Assembly: GCA_965204535.1 (NCBI GenBank)
Contig: CBDBEV010000001.1
Span: forward strand, 32,001 to 96,000
DNA: 64,000 nt
Direction: 5' to 3'
DNA from: a bacterium
Lineage (GTDB): Bacteria; UBA8248
Shown here: in pieces, positions 1 to 12,039 of the stretch
How positions within the stretch are numbered: position 1 is the stretch's first letter
How the letters are laid out: the number at the start of each line of letters is the position of its first letter
Program-made: the position numbers and the translations under genes
Notes under the pieces: model-generated
Seen by the model: the letters and a program-made list of their open reading frames with translations, nothing else
What the model was told of the DNA's origin: nothing
Database searches by the model: none

Positions 1-824
1 GCAAGGGTCTGGTCGAGGCCCACGGGGGCCGCATCCGGGCGGAGAGCGGCGGTCCGGGCCAGGGAACCTGCTTCACCTTCACCATCGCGACGGCAGGGGA
101 GGCGGGCGAGGGCGCTGACGAGCGGCCGCCCCGGGAAGCGCGTGAGCCGACGCGCATTCTCGTGGTGGACGACGACCCGCAGACGCTGCGTTTCGTTCGC
201 GACACGCTTACGGAGGCGGGTTACGCCCCGCTCGTCACGGGCGAGGCGCGGGAGCTCTCCCGGCTCATCCGGGCCGAGAATCCCCAGCTGGTCCTGCTGG
301 ATCTGGTGCTGCCGGGGGCCGACGGGATCGAACTGATGGAAAGCGTCCCGGAACTCGCCGACCTGCCTGTGATCTTCATCTCGGGCTACGGACGGGACGA
401 GACCATCGCCAAGGCCCTGAAGAGCGGAGCCGCCGACTATATCGTCAAGCCCTTCTCGGGGACCGAGCTGACGGCGAGGGTCGGGGCAGCCCTGCGCCAC
501 AGGGTCGAGCCCGAACCCTTCCTCATGGGGGAGCTGGCCATCCACTACGATCTGCGCCGGGTGACCATGGCTGGGCGCCGGTTGGAACTGACGGCGACCG
601 AATACGAACTGTTGCGCCTGCTCTCACTCCGCGCGGGGCGGGTATTGACCTGCGATTCGTTGCTGCGCCAGATATGGGGCATACACGACCCGGACGACCC
701 AAAGCTGGTGCGCACGTTCGTGAAGCAGCTCCGCCGGAAGCTCGGCGATGACGCGGCCCGGCCCACCTGGATCCTGACCGAGCGCGGGGTCGGCTACCGC
801 ATGGCCGCACCCGAAAACCCCTGA
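1..824 (+). CDS. Hybrid sensor histidine kinase / OmpR-type response regulator, 5'-truncated by window edge
   Basis: The frame of ORF 162..824 is open back to base 3 and reads KGLVEAHGGRIRAESGGPGQGTCFTFTI (HATPase C-terminus), then ILVVDDD...LLDLVLP...KPF (receiver) and LRRKL...TERGVGYR (winged helix). Confidence 0.85.
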   Translation, partial: KGLVEAHGGRIRAESGGPGQGTCFTFTIATAGEAGEGADERPPREAREPTRILVVDDDPQTLRFVRDTLTEAGYAPLVTGEARELSRLIRAENPQLVLLDLVLPGADGIELMESVPELADLPVIFISGYGRDETIAKALKSGAADYIVKPFSGTELTARVGAALRHRVEPEPFLMGELAIHYDLRRVTMAGRRLELTATEYELLRLLSLRAGRVLTCDSLLRQIWGIHDPDDPKLVRTFVKQLRRKLGDDAARPTWILTERGVGYRMAAPENP

Positions 825-858
825 GAGCCCTGCGCTTCGGGCCAGGGCGGGCAGCCCC

Positions 859-1306
859 GCTCTGTTCCGGATGTCCGAAGTCGCAGCCTTTGACGCACAG
901 GATGTGAATCCGCTGCGGCAAGACGGATCAGGAGGGTAGGGGCGTGGTGCAGTTTCTGGGCGAGCCGACGGTGGCGCGCGTCCGGGCCTGGCTTCTGGAG
1001 GCAGGCCTGACGAAGGGGCCGCTGTTCCGGCCGCTGTTCAAGTCGGGCCGGCTGCGGGAAGGGCGCCTGACGGAGAGGAGCATCCGCCGCATCATCATCC
1101 AGCGCGCCCGGGACGCGGGCGTGGAGGGGCGCATCAGCGGGCACAGCCTGCGCGTGGGCAGCGCATTGAGTCTGGCGAGCGCCGGGGCTTCCCTGGCCGG
1201 GATGCAGGTCGCAGGCCGCCAGCGATCGCCGGCCATGCCGGGGCGCTACGCCCAGGGACAACTCGCGAAACAGGGCCCGATGGCGAGGCTGCGCTACGGG
1301 CGGTGA
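859..1306 (+). pseudogene. Cre-like tyrosine recombinase remnant (catalytic domain, frameshifted)
   Basis: ALFRMSEVAAFDAQDV (LRxSE-like, from 859) is out of frame with IRCGKTDQEG...GHSLRVG...GR...RYA (from 908; TGA at 905-907). No N-terminal domain is present. Confidence 0.8.
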
Positions 1307-1335
1307 GGTCCGCCCGTCTTCTCCCGAATATCTCC

Positions 1336-2055
1336 CTACCGCCTCTTCTTTCTCCGGGCGGCTCTCTCCTCCGGCGCGAAAGTCCACCTCCGGGCGGAGG
1401 CCCACTTCTCGAGGTCTTCGAGCAGGTAGCGCACCCGGTATCCGGTGCGAAGAAAATCCGGCCCCTCGCCGCTCACGCGGTAGCGCTCGAGCGTCCTGGG
1501 CGAGAGGCCGAGCCAGGCGGCCGCCTCCCGCGTGTCCAGGCGGTTCTCCCCCGTGCGCTCATCGACGCCTCCCGCGGCCCCGGGTTCCACCGCGGCGTCC
1601 CACGTCCCGTCGAACGGATCGGGCAAGTCCGCGAGCCTCTCGCGTATGGCGCGGACCTCCTCTCGGGTCGCGCCCGCCGCCATCCAGGCGCGCACCCGGT
1701 CGAAGGTCCTGAGATACGGCGAGGCGCCCCGGCGCAGCCTTCCCACGAAGGAGGGGTTCCCCACGGCCTCCTCGCCCAGGATCGAGACCTTGGTCCCGCT
1801 CACCGCGAGAAACGCCTCGACCTCGGCCCGCAGGAGCGGTCCCAGGGACGGGTACCCCATGAACGCGAGCACCCGGTCCGCCGTGTCGACCCGCAGGGGC
1901 CGCCCCCGGGCCTGCAGTCCCACGAAGCCGGGAACCCCCGGCGCGCCCACCCCGAAGCGCCTCGCGCTCATCCCGCGGCGCGCGCGCCAGAGCGCAATGC
2001 TCCGGCGCAGCCGCTCGTCCAGCGGGGCGCCGGTATCGTCGTCGAACGCGGTCAT
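1336..2055 (-). CDS. DNA-binding protein: two tandem Cro-like modules plus C-terminal excisionase/AlpA-type HTH
   Basis: Repeated motif (FG/LG)..A.G.P.FV..L..G...LR..T.DRV.A.M, followed by LDTREAAAWLGLSPRTLERYR...GPDF...VRYLLEDLEKW. Confidence 0.75.
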   Translation of the reverse strand: MTAFDDDTGAPLDERLRRSIALWRARRGMSARRFGVGAPGVPGFVGLQARGRPLRVDTADRVLAFMGYPSLGPLLRAEVEAFLAVSGTKVSILGEEAVGNPSFVGRLRRGASPYLRTFDRVRAWMAAGATREEVRAIRERLADLPDPFDGTWDAAVEPGAAGGVDERTGENRLDTREAAAWLGLSPRTLERYRVSGEGPDFLRTGYRVRYLLEDLEKWASARRWTFAPEERAARRKKRR

Positions 2056-2600
2056 GGCGCGCGAACATAAGGAAAGGACGAGCGCCCGTTCAATCGTTGT
2101 TTCCAGCGCGGAAGGTACACCCGGGAAGAGTCCGCGCCTGCGTCCGTGCGCGGGTCGCTCATCGGTTCAGCCTGAAATCAAGGGCGTTTCCCGGAAAACG
2201 AGGGTCGCCGGAGAACGCGCAGCGAGACGCTACGGAAAAAAAGGAAGGACGCCGCCTCCCGGGCGAGAGCTCGAAAGCCTCTTTCGTTCACGCCGCAGTG
2301 GGCTGTTTCGCGAGTCGTCCCTGCGAATGGCGGTGAACGGTATCTCGAACTGCCGCTGTTCGGGAACTTGCTGTTACGGCCTGGCTGAATGATTGGCTCG
2401 AGCGCTCACGGACGATAGCCCGCAGGGATGCGCAGGGGTTATAATGAATCCGCTTGCGGCTTGATTACAGGCTCTGCGGGGCCGGTTCGGAATCGGTTCG
2501 GGATCAGGTCGGAAAATGAGTAAACTGAAATAATATCAATACGATAAAGGAATCCTGCACATGACGGAAAACGCCTAGCATTTCCAAATTCCTAGATAAT

Positions 2601-2760
2601 ACGATAAATTCACGGGGTTTTCCTGTAAATTTCTGAAAATTACCGGCCATGCAAGTGGTTGTAATAAAAAGAGTTACCATAGAAACCTGAGTGTCCCGCA
2701 CTCAGATATGGCGGCAAAAAAAGTTTTTCGCCGACCCCCGCATTTGCGCGCATTTGCCCG
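2601..2760 (-). repeat. Left copy of long diverged inverted repeat (partner 25191-25370)
   Basis: The reverse complement of 2601-2730 aligns without gaps to 25241-25370 at 103/130 by hand count. Two GCG(G/C)GCAAAT-type units lie at 2741-2760. Confidence 0.95.
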
Positions 2761-2860
2761 AGGCGCTGCTTGCGGACGGCGCCGAAGCTGAAGCCGGTGA
2801 CGAGGCGCTTCCGGATCAGGACGCCGAGGATGGCCACGGGGGCGAACGACGTCAGCGTCC

Positions 2861-2876
2861 CGTTTCACGTGAAACG
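2861..2876. promoter_or_regulatory. parS: parS-type palindrome (ParB loading site)
   Basis: CGTTTCACGTGAAACG is a perfect palindrome matching the consensus TGTTTCACGTGAAACA at 14/16. It is intergenic, just past the tkt stop. Confidence 0.8.
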
Positions 2877-2878
2877 GT

Positions 2879-4915
2879 TCAGAGGAGGTCTTTCACGCGC
2901 GCGGCGACGTTCTCCGGCGTGAGGCCGAAATGCGAATATATTTCCTTGTACGGCGCGCTCGCCCCGAATCGATCGATTCCAATCACGGCGCCATCATCCC
3001 CCACCCACTCACGCCAGCCCATGGTGGCGCCCGCCTCGATCGCCACCCTCGCCCTCACTTCCGGCGGGAGAACAGAATCGCGATAGGCGGGGGATTGCCC
3101 TCGGAAAAGCTCCCAACTCGGCATGCTCACGACCCGGGCATCGATTCCACCTGCTGCCAATTCGCTTTGCGCTTCCATCGCTAGATGAACCTCCGAGCCT
3201 GTGGCGATCAATACAGCTTGGGGGGAATTCCCACTCTCCGCCGAGATGACATAGGCCCCTCGCGACAGGGCATCCGCTTCGTTCTCCTCCGAACGCTTCA
3301 AGATGGGCAGGCCCTGGCGGGTCAACACGAGCATGGTCGGACCCTCGAGGCGCTCGATCGCCACCCGCCAAGCGACAGCGGTTTCGTTCGCGTCGCATGG
3401 GCGAATGATGGTGAGGCCCGGCATGGCGCGAAGCGATGCGAGGTGCTCGATCGGCTGGTGGGTGGGGCCGTCCTCGCCCAGGCCGATGGAATCATGCGTC
3501 ATCACGTAGATGACGGGCAATTCCATCAGCGCCGCGAGGCGTATCGCCGGGCGGGCGTAATCGGTGAATGTGAAGAAAGTGGCCGCATAAGGACGAACAC
3601 CTCCGTGCAGGGCCATACCCGAGCAGGCGGCTCCCATGGCGTGTTCCCTGATGCCCCAGTTGATGTTGCGATTGGAGAAATCCCCCCTGGCGAAATTTCC
3701 CGATGCCTTGATGAGCGAGTTGTTTGAAGCCGCCAAGTCCGCGCTTCCACCGATAAGCCAGGGCATGGCGGGGGCGATTTCATTCAGTACTTCCCCGGAT
3801 GCCGCCCGCGTAGCAAGCGCCCCGCCGTCAGCCTGGAACCGGGGAATCCGGCTCTCCCAACCGGCCGGCAGTTCTCCTTGAATCGCCGCCTGAAACTTCG
3901 CAGCCAACTCCGGATTCTCCGCCTCATATTTCGCGAACCGGCGATTCCAGTCCTCTTCAAGCGCGGAGCCGCGGGAAACCGCCTCTCCCATGTGAGCGGA
4001 CACTTCATCAGGCACCAGGAACGTTTCATTCTCAGGCCAGCCATAGCTTCTTTTCGTAGCCTCGACTTCTTCATCCCCCAAGGGAGCGCCATGCGCGCGT
4101 GCGGTATCCTGATATCGAGGCGAGCCATATCCGATGTGCGAGCGAACGACGATCAAGGACGGACGTTCAGCCTCTGCCTCCGCCAAGTTGAGCGCACCGG
4201 AAATCCTGGATAAATCCTCCGCGCTGTCACCCAGGTTTTGCACATGCCAGTTGTACCCCGCAAAGCGCTTCCCTACATCATCGGAATAACTGAGCGACGT
4301 CTCGCCGTCGATGGTAATGCGGTTATCGTCATAGACACAAATCAATTTGCCGAGACCCAGATGTCCAGCGAGGGATGCCGCTTCATGGGAGGCGCCTTCC
4401 ATGATATCGCCGTCGCTCATGAACACGTACGTACGGTGATCCACTATCGAGTGGCCCGGTCGATTGAAAACGCTCGCCAAATGCGCCTCCGCCATTGCCA
4501 TGCCCAGTGCATTCATGAATCCCTGTCCCAGAGGGCCTGTGGTCGTCTCGACACCCGGCGTAAGCCCGTATTCGGGATGCCCCGGCGTCTTGCTTCCCCA
4601 CTGACGAAAACGGACGATCTCATGGAGCGGAAGGTCATAACCGCTCAGATGGAGAACCGCGTAAAGAAGCATGGAGGCATGACCACACGAGAGCACGAAG
4701 CGGTCCCGGTCAAACCATTCGGGATTTCGGGGATTATAGCGCAGGTGGTTCATCCACAATTCATACGCCAGCGGCGCCAGAGCCATTGGCGTTCCCGGAT
4801 GGCCGCTGTTCGCCACTTGCACCGCATCCATCGAAAGTGTGCGTATGGTGTGAATCGATTGTTCGGAGATGCTCATGCCGGAAAACCGCTCTTTTTCCGT
4901 CGAGAATTTCGTCAT
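2879..4915 (-). CDS. tkt: Transketolase
   Basis: [31 protein letters not shown] and [16 protein letters not shown] motifs. Alternative start at 4876. Confidence 0.98.
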   Translation of the reverse strand: MTKFSTEKERFSGMSISEQSIHTIRTLSMDAVQVANSGHPGTPMALAPLAYELWMNHLRYNPRNPEWFDRDRFVLSCGHASMLLYAVLHLSGYDLPLHEIVRFRQWGSKTPGHPEYGLTPGVETTTGPLGQGFMNALGMAMAEAHLASVFNRPGHSIVDHRTYVFMSDGDIMEGASHEAASLAGHLGLGKLICVYDDNRITIDGETSLSYSDDVGKRFAGYNWHVQNLGDSAEDLSRISGALNLAEAEAERPSLIVVRSHIGYGSPRYQDTARAHGAPLGDEEVEATKRSYGWPENETFLVPDEVSAHMGEAVSRGSALEEDWNRRFAKYEAENPELAAKFQAAIQGELPAGWESRIPRFQADGGALATRAASGEVLNEIAPAMPWLIGGSADLAASNNSLIKASGNFARGDFSNRNINWGIREHAMGAACSGMALHGGVRPYAATFFTFTDYARPAIRLAALMELPVIYVMTHDSIGLGEDGPTHQPIEHLASLRAMPGLTIIRPCDANETAVAWRVAIERLEGPTMLVLTRQGLPILKRSEENEADALSRGAYVISAESGNSPQAVLIATGSEVHLAMEAQSELAAGGIDARVVSMPSWELFRGQSPAYRDSVLPPEVRARVAIEAGATMGWREWVGDDGAVIGIDRFGASAPYKEIYSHFGLTPENVAARVKDLL

Positions 4916-5026
4916 GCCTGATATGCTCGCTTACAGGGGGAAGAAACTAAAAAAGCCGGTTCTATGCCACGTCCCGCCATCGGGGCCCGATATTTCATGC
5001 AATCCATTCAATGTGCCCGGATTGGG

Positions 5027-6214
5027 TCATGCGTTCGCCTTGCGCCGCTGCAACGTTTCGAGCCACCCTTCCAAAGTTTCCACAACTATCTGGTCAGCAA
5101 GAGGGAAAACCGGCATCGTTCGGTCTTTATCCTCTTCCGCATCATTACGCAACAGGGATGCGGCCGATTCTTCCACTTTTCGCTCAAGCGCCGATATTTT
5201 CCCCAATATCCAAGGGGCATCCTCTCCCAAGGCTTGCGCCTTTCGACACATATCCAGCGCTTGTGCATCGTTTTCCTCTTCGACGTAGAGTTCAACCATC
5301 CTTCGGAGAATTGAGTCGACGGCTTTTTCCCCGATAACACCCTCTTCTCCTGGCGCGATACCAGACTCTCGCCCCTCACTCACGGTTTCAGCTACTTTAT
5401 CCGCAGGGCTCAAAGCATCACCCAAATCTTCAAATTCGGCGGCTGACGTATCGGCGTCCTCTTCAACTGCTTCCATATTTCCGGACGCGACATCATCTCC
5501 CTTCGCCTCAACTGGTACGTTTGCCTCACCTTTTATTTTTCCTGCTATTAAATCGAGATTTTCTCCCGTCTCGGGGGATCCCGTGGGCACATCAACATCC
5601 TCGCCCCGCGATAATCGCTCTCGGATGGCAGCCAACTTCTCATTCCATTCGACTTTAGCGGGCTCAGACTCCAAAAGACGCTCATAAACGTCCCGCGCCC
5701 TATCCAGATGGCCTTGAGCCATATAGAGTTCAGCAAGAGCCGGCGTGGCCACTGCGTCCAATTCTTCCTCGGGAACAACAGGTGAGGAGCTATCAACATC
5801 GGAATCGGTTATCGTGCTTTGGGGCGATACTTCATCGGCCCCGAACACCTCCGCCGCCCTTAACGCAACTTGCGCGGCCTTTTCATCGCCCTTTTTCCGC
5901 CAACACTCGGCCAAAAGACGTTGACCCGAGATATTCCAAGGAGCGATTTCCAGGGCTTTTGCGATAAAACGGGCTGCTTGTTCGTGTTCATCTTTCGAGA
6001 GGAGTATTCCTCCAAGCAGAACACCCGCGGCTGCGTAGTTGGGATAGGTTGCCAATCCACCTCTCAGGAGATTTTCGGCCTGGTCTACTTCACCTTTTTC
6101 CCATAAAAGGGATGCCAAAGGGAAAAAAGCAGCCGAGGCGGGGTATTGTTGCAAACGCCCTTCCAAAGCTTTGATTCGGGCTTCTGGATTACTCAAGCGA
6201 CGTATCATTGACAC
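5027..6214 (-). CDS. Tetratricopeptide-repeat protein
   Basis: N-terminal TPR helices, ATPALAELYMAQGH motif, acidic linkers and C-terminal LEGWL helix. Confidence 0.8.
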   Translation of the reverse strand: MSMIRRLSNPEARIKALEGRLQQYPASAAFFPLASLLWEKGEVDQAENLLRGGLATYPNYAAAGVLLGGILLSKDEHEQAARFIAKALEIAPWNISGQRLLAECWRKKGDEKAAQVALRAAEVFGADEVSPQSTITDSDVDSSSPVVPEEELDAVATPALAELYMAQGHLDRARDVYERLLESEPAKVEWNEKLAAIRERLSRGEDVDVPTGSPETGENLDLIAGKIKGEANVPVEAKGDDVASGNMEAVEEDADTSAAEFEDLGDALSPADKVAETVSEGRESGIAPGEEGVIGEKAVDSILRRMVELYVEEENDAQALDMCRKAQALGEDAPWILGKISALERKVEESAASLLRNDAEEDKDRTMPVFPLADQIVVETLEGWLETLQRRKANA

Positions 6215-6357
6215 CTGATTCTCGGCAGGGAATAAAGGGCACCTTCATGCGTATGAAGAAATGCTAGCAAAGGGCGCCCTGCCCTGACAAGAGCTTCGTA
6301 TCTCCTGCAGTCATCCAAGTTCTCATGCCTGAAAGAGTTATAAATTCGATTTTATCG

Positions 6358-6786
6358 TTATGAATCGACAACGGCCAAGGCGTTCACCTCGATGAGACAA
6401 CGTGGATCTGTAGCCAGTTGAACCACCTGAACGGTGGTAGTGGTTGGTTTGTTGTCTCCGAAATACTCCGCCCACACCTTGTTTAGGGAATCTTGACCCT
6501 CCATGTTGGTTACAAATCGGCTGGCAGAAACGACATCGCCAAAATCAGCGTCCACCGCCTCAAGGCTTTTTTTCAAGTTCGCCAACGCCGCTCGAGCCTG
6601 CCCTTCCATATCCCGGGGCATGGCATCAAATTCTTCCGGCTGATGCGGATGATGGTGATAGACGGGTGCTGCGGTTACTCCAGCAAGAAATACAAGGCTA
6701 CCCTCAGTTACTTTGATAACCGGCGCATAAGGCATCCACAGATCAGGTGCATCCGGCCAATGGAGATGCTCTACTTTCTTACCCAT
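6358..6786 (-). CDS. RidA/YjgF (Rid) family protein
   Basis: VFLAG, Q...AL.NL...L, N.VW..YF...P..T.VQV..L and IEVNA motifs. Start chosen at MGKKV, downstream of a GAAAGGA RBS. Confidence 0.88.
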   Translation of the reverse strand: MGKKVEHLHWPDAPDLWMPYAPVIKVTEGSLVFLAGVTAAPVYHHHPHQPEEFDAMPRDMEGQARAALANLKKSLEAVDADFGDVVSASRFVTNMEGQDSLNKVWAEYFGDNKPTTTTVQVVQLATDPRCLIEVNALAVVDS

Positions 6787-7105
6787 TTCATTTCCTTTCA
6801 TATATGTAACTGCCCATATTCCAGATATTTTCATCCGGCCTTGTAAACACTCTGCACTTTTTGAGCAATTCAAATGAACGATTCGATCGAAGAATCCTCT
6901 CGTCAACATTATCGCTTTCATTTTCACATCATATCACCAGGTAACAAGTGTGACGCCCGCACAACCTACTCGGCCTTCTACCTCAAAACCGCCGGTTTCC
7001 ACGCCATGGTTAGAAACTACGAAACTTCAAATGTATTTACGCTCATCGCAATCTATTCGATAATATTCATTCGTGCTCTTCTCCTGCATCACAAAAGGAT
7101 ATTCC

Positions 7106-7870
7106 ATGTCTATGAAACCACTAGCGGATAAACGTGTCATCATCACAGGAGCATCAAGCGGTATCGGAGCCGCTATCGCTCACGAATACGCGAAAGCGGG
7201 AACTCACATATGGAGCGCAGGAGGCAGCGACCTTCAAGGACTACAAAGCACCATTGATGCGTGTAAAAACCTTGGCGTAAACGCTGGTGGAAAATGTTAT
7301 AATTTATCTAAAGCGCAGCGTTCGTCTCAACTGATTCGCGATGGCGTCGACTTTCTTGGTGGACTTGATATTTTAGTCATTTGCGCGGGCACAAGAGCCT
7401 TCAAACCCATCGTCGAAATCACGGATGATGAAGTCGACCTTTTATTCGAAGTCAATGCGAAAGCCGCCTACATCGCATCCCGAGAAGCGGCAAAGGTGAT
7501 GATTCCTCAAAAAAGCGGCTCTATCCTGATGATTGGCTCAGCTGCCGGCCACCGTGGCAGAGCCGATACGAGTCTATACTCAGTGACTAAATCCGTGCTT
7601 CATCACCTTACGAAATGCTTGGCTATTGAATTAGGACCTCATGGGATTCGCATAAACTGTCTGGCGCCGGGCCTGGTTGCAAGCCCGCGCGTAAAGGCAA
7701 GGCTCGATGCAAAACCTGAATATCTACAGTCCAGGCTAGAGGGCATACCACTCCATCAAATCGGAACGGTTGAAACCATGGCGGCCACTGCTCTGTTTAT
7801 GGTCTCTCCTGGAAACGAATTCATGAATGGCTCGATTGTGCTTTCGGATGGGGGCGTCACGGCAGGGTAG
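7106..7870 (+). CDS. Short-chain dehydrogenase/reductase
   Basis: TGASSGIG, YSVTK (YxxxK) and C-terminal DGG. Confidence 0.92.
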   Translation: MSMKPLADKRVIITGASSGIGAAIAHEYAKAGTHIWSAGGSDLQGLQSTIDACKNLGVNAGGKCYNLSKAQRSSQLIRDGVDFLGGLDILVICAGTRAFKPIVEITDDEVDLLFEVNAKAAYIASREAAKVMIPQKSGSILMIGSAAGHRGRADTSLYSVTKSVLHHLTKCLAIELGPHGIRINCLAPGLVASPRVKARLDAKPEYLQSRLEGIPLHQIGTVETMAATALFMVSPGNEFMNGSIVLSDGGVTAG

Positions 7871-7875
7871 AAAAC

Positions 7876-9231
7876 ATGCGCGATGCGATGATGAGAATTT
7901 CAAGAAAGAAATTTTCTCTTTTGATAGTTCTGGTCTGCTTCTTCACCTTCTATCCGTTTGAAAATATCGCTGCAGGAGAAACTGCCCTAGATACCCACCA
8001 AACTCTCACCGCATTGGTTTCAAGCAGAACGAAATGGTTATTGACAGCACCTGCCGAAAAAGGCTCCTCCAAGTCAAATGCTACTCTGCTGGCCTTTACA
8101 ATGGATGGAGATTTTCATCCGATTACCTTCAAGAAAACAGGCGGGGTATTTCGTGTAAATGTGCAAGATCACCCCACCCCTTCCGACCTGGCTGCTAGTG
8201 TCCCACCCACCCAGCTACCAGATGGCAGTTTTGTCGGTGCAGGAAAAAGCGGAATGTTCATCAACGTCGACACTATCGAGCGACGTTGGTCATTCGTCTG
8301 GCCGAGCATCCGCCCTTCAATCCTATCGAAACCCGCTGTATTGGACAGAGCTAACGTGGCAATGGTCGGAGTCGATGGCTCCATACTTTTATTCCAAAAA
8401 AAAGAAGACAAATGGCTGCAAACCCAACTGATAAAAGCGAAAACAGCAAGGGTATTGCCAGATGCTGTTTTAACGACAGCCGATCTGGATGGCAATGGTC
8501 GAAAAGAACTTATCGTGCCTGCTGTACCATCCAAACTATACAGGCACGCCGTGCTCGGCGATGATATCGAACCCACGGAAATTCATGCGTATCGATTCAA
8601 CCAAAATTCTCTCGAACTGATGGCTACATACACCGCAGGGAAGAACAGTGTTTTTGAAGCCATTGGCACCCTCGTCTCCGACTTGGACAAAGACGGGAAG
8701 CATGAAATTCTCGTTACAAAAAGCGATTTCGATAGTGGGGCAGCCCATCTCGTTTTGGGAATGAGGAACAAAAAACTCATGCTCAAGGCGCGAAGCGGTG
8801 CAATCGGGGCCGGAAATCGCTGGTCGCATCTGTTGGGCGCATTCAACATAGATGGCAGCGCTCCTAAAATTCTAGCCGTAGAAACGCCGCACCTGTCAGG
8901 CCTTTTGCTGGCGCTGAGGCTAAGCGGCGATCGGCTCCGCGAGCGAGCTCGCATGGCTGGTTTCACTACGCATTCGGTTGGTTCCAGAAACCTTTGGAAA
9001 TTCGCCTTGCTAAGACGCCGTGGCGTTGTGGAAGCCGTGATGCAAGAAATCGGCCAGCAATATTTGAGCGGTCTCGCGCTCTTCGGAAATCGCTGGCACT
9101 TCAGGTGGTCGCGCCCTATTCCCTCACCCGTTCGATCCAATTTGCTTACCGCAGATTTCAACCAAGATGCGAAAGACGACATCGCTTTCGTCGATCAAGC
9201 CGGTCTCGTGCACATCTATTTATCCAAATAA
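7876..9231 (+). CDS. Secreted FG-GAP/VCBS-repeat protein
   Basis: Signal-like N-terminus and repeats ADLDGNGRKEL, DLDKDGKHEI, ADFNQDAKDDI. Confidence 0.78.
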   Translation: MRDAMMRISRKKFSLLIVLVCFFTFYPFENIAAGETALDTHQTLTALVSSRTKWLLTAPAEKGSSKSNATLLAFTMDGDFHPITFKKTGGVFRVNVQDHPTPSDLAASVPPTQLPDGSFVGAGKSGMFINVDTIERRWSFVWPSIRPSILSKPAVLDRANVAMVGVDGSILLFQKKEDKWLQTQLIKAKTARVLPDAVLTTADLDGNGRKELIVPAVPSKLYRHAVLGDDIEPTEIHAYRFNQNSLELMATYTAGKNSVFEAIGTLVSDLDKDGKHEILVTKSDFDSGAAHLVLGMRNKKLMLKARSGAIGAGNRWSHLLGAFNIDGSAPKILAVETPHLSGLLLALRLSGDRLRERARMAGFTTHSVGSRNLWKFALLRRRGVVEAVMQEIGQQYLSGLALFGNRWHFRWSRPIPSPVRSNLLTADFNQDAKDDIAFVDQAGLVHIYLSK

Positions 9232-9329
9232 ATTCTCATCGATTTAATTCAACTGCGTGAAACGAACCGAACCAAGAGATGTCCTCTAATCCCTGCAGAC
9301 TAATGTCTTATAGCAGGGAACTCAGCTCT

Positions 9330-10640
<1,311 letters not shown>

Positions 10641-10813
10641 TTAAAACCACTCCCATCGCCTTGCGCTCCAAAGTCGCCTAGGGTAGCCCATCTTGAGCGA
10701 GGGATAAAAGACGGAAAAGAACTTTTATGCTCTTATAAATTGATCTTTGAAACGTCGAATGATATCGCAATAAACATTCTATTTATTTCCAGAATGAAAA
10801 GGAAAGTTATGAG

Positions 10814-12025
10814 ATGCCTCTGACAGGTGTACGTGTATTAGACCTAAGCCGCTTGCTGCCCGGCGGGCAATGCACATTGATGCTCGCCGATATGGGGGCA
10901 GATGTCATCAAAATAGAAGAACCGCTGCGCGGCGATTATATCCGCCTCGCATCTCCTTTTGATGAGCATGGCGTATCCCCCCTTCACCTCTGCTACAACC
11001 GCAACAAACGCTCCCTGGCTTTGGACCTTAAAAACGTAGATGGCGTATCCACACTCCTCAGATTGGTGAGAGATACAGACGTGCTCGTCGATAGCTTTCG
11101 GCCCGGGGTGATGGAGCGCCTTGGCACTGGCTATCAAATACTCAAAAAAGAGAACCCCGCCCTCGTCCATTGCTCTATCACCGGATATGGACAAGAAGGC
11201 CCTCTCGCCAGAACTCCGGGTCATGACTTGAACTTCCAGGCCCTCGGCGGTGTCGTAGAACTCACTGGCGACGCCGGCGGTCCTCCATATGTGCCCGGGG
11301 TGCTCATCGGGGATGTGGGCGCCGGCATGTGGGCGGCTTTCGCCATACTCGCAGCGTTGCGCCTCGCCGAGCGGACGGGCGCTGGACAATTTATCGACAT
11401 GTCGATGCTCAATGCCGTGATGAGTTTCCTATCCATCCATGGGCAAACATATCTCTCGACGGGACTGAGCCCAGGACGCGAAGAGATGCGGCATAATGGC
11501 CGGAGACCATGTTATCGTCTCTATCCCACCAAAGACGGTCGGATGCTCTCCGTCGCCTGCTCGGAACCGAAGTTTTGGGTGAATTTGTGCGAGATGCTCG
11601 GGCATGAAGATTTTTATGACGATTATGGCGCCAGAGGAACGCGACGCACAGAAGTGATTCAAGCACTCAATAAAACTTTTCAATCGAAGGCACTCGAAGA
11701 GTGGGTTGCGTTTTTTGATGGCGCAGAAGTATGTGTGAGCCCAGCTCTTGATATGCACGAAAGCTTCGGACACACACAGGTTCAATCGAGTGGACTCGTA
11801 AGGGAATATCAACATCCTGTCAAAGGGACTTATCCCGGCACGCGGCCAGCCCCAAAATTCTCGAACCTGCCTATTAGAGACTCTCTCCCGCCACCCCGCC
11901 TGGGAGAACATTCAGTTGAAATTCTAAAGGAATATGGGTTTCAAGATGAAGAAATTGAGGGTTTGCTGGCATCCGGCACCTCTCACAATGGCACCGACCC
12001 GGTGGGTGAAACCATCAGCGAATGA
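10814..12025 (+). CDS. CaiB/BaiF family III CoA-transferase
   Basis: GVRVLDLSRLLPG, LADMGADVIKIE, NRNKRS and GHD motifs. Confidence 0.93.
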   Translation: MPLTGVRVLDLSRLLPGGQCTLMLADMGADVIKIEEPLRGDYIRLASPFDEHGVSPLHLCYNRNKRSLALDLKNVDGVSTLLRLVRDTDVLVDSFRPGVMERLGTGYQILKKENPALVHCSITGYGQEGPLARTPGHDLNFQALGGVVELTGDAGGPPYVPGVLIGDVGAGMWAAFAILAALRLAERTGAGQFIDMSMLNAVMSFLSIHGQTYLSTGLSPGREEMRHNGRRPCYRLYPTKDGRMLSVACSEPKFWVNLCEMLGHEDFYDDYGARGTRRTEVIQALNKTFQSKALEEWVAFFDGAEVCVSPALDMHESFGHTQVQSSGLVREYQHPVKGTYPGTRPAPKFSNLPIRDSLPPPRLGEHSVEILKEYGFQDEEIEGLLASGTSHNGTDPVGETISE

Positions 12026-12039
12026 ATCTACTTCAATCT

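Noticed and set aside
2504-2868. Short ORFs over the boundary elements (2504..2701, 2640..2837, 25270..25476)
   Set aside because: Their similar translations simply reflect the DNA repeat; start and stop positions are not shared between the two copies.
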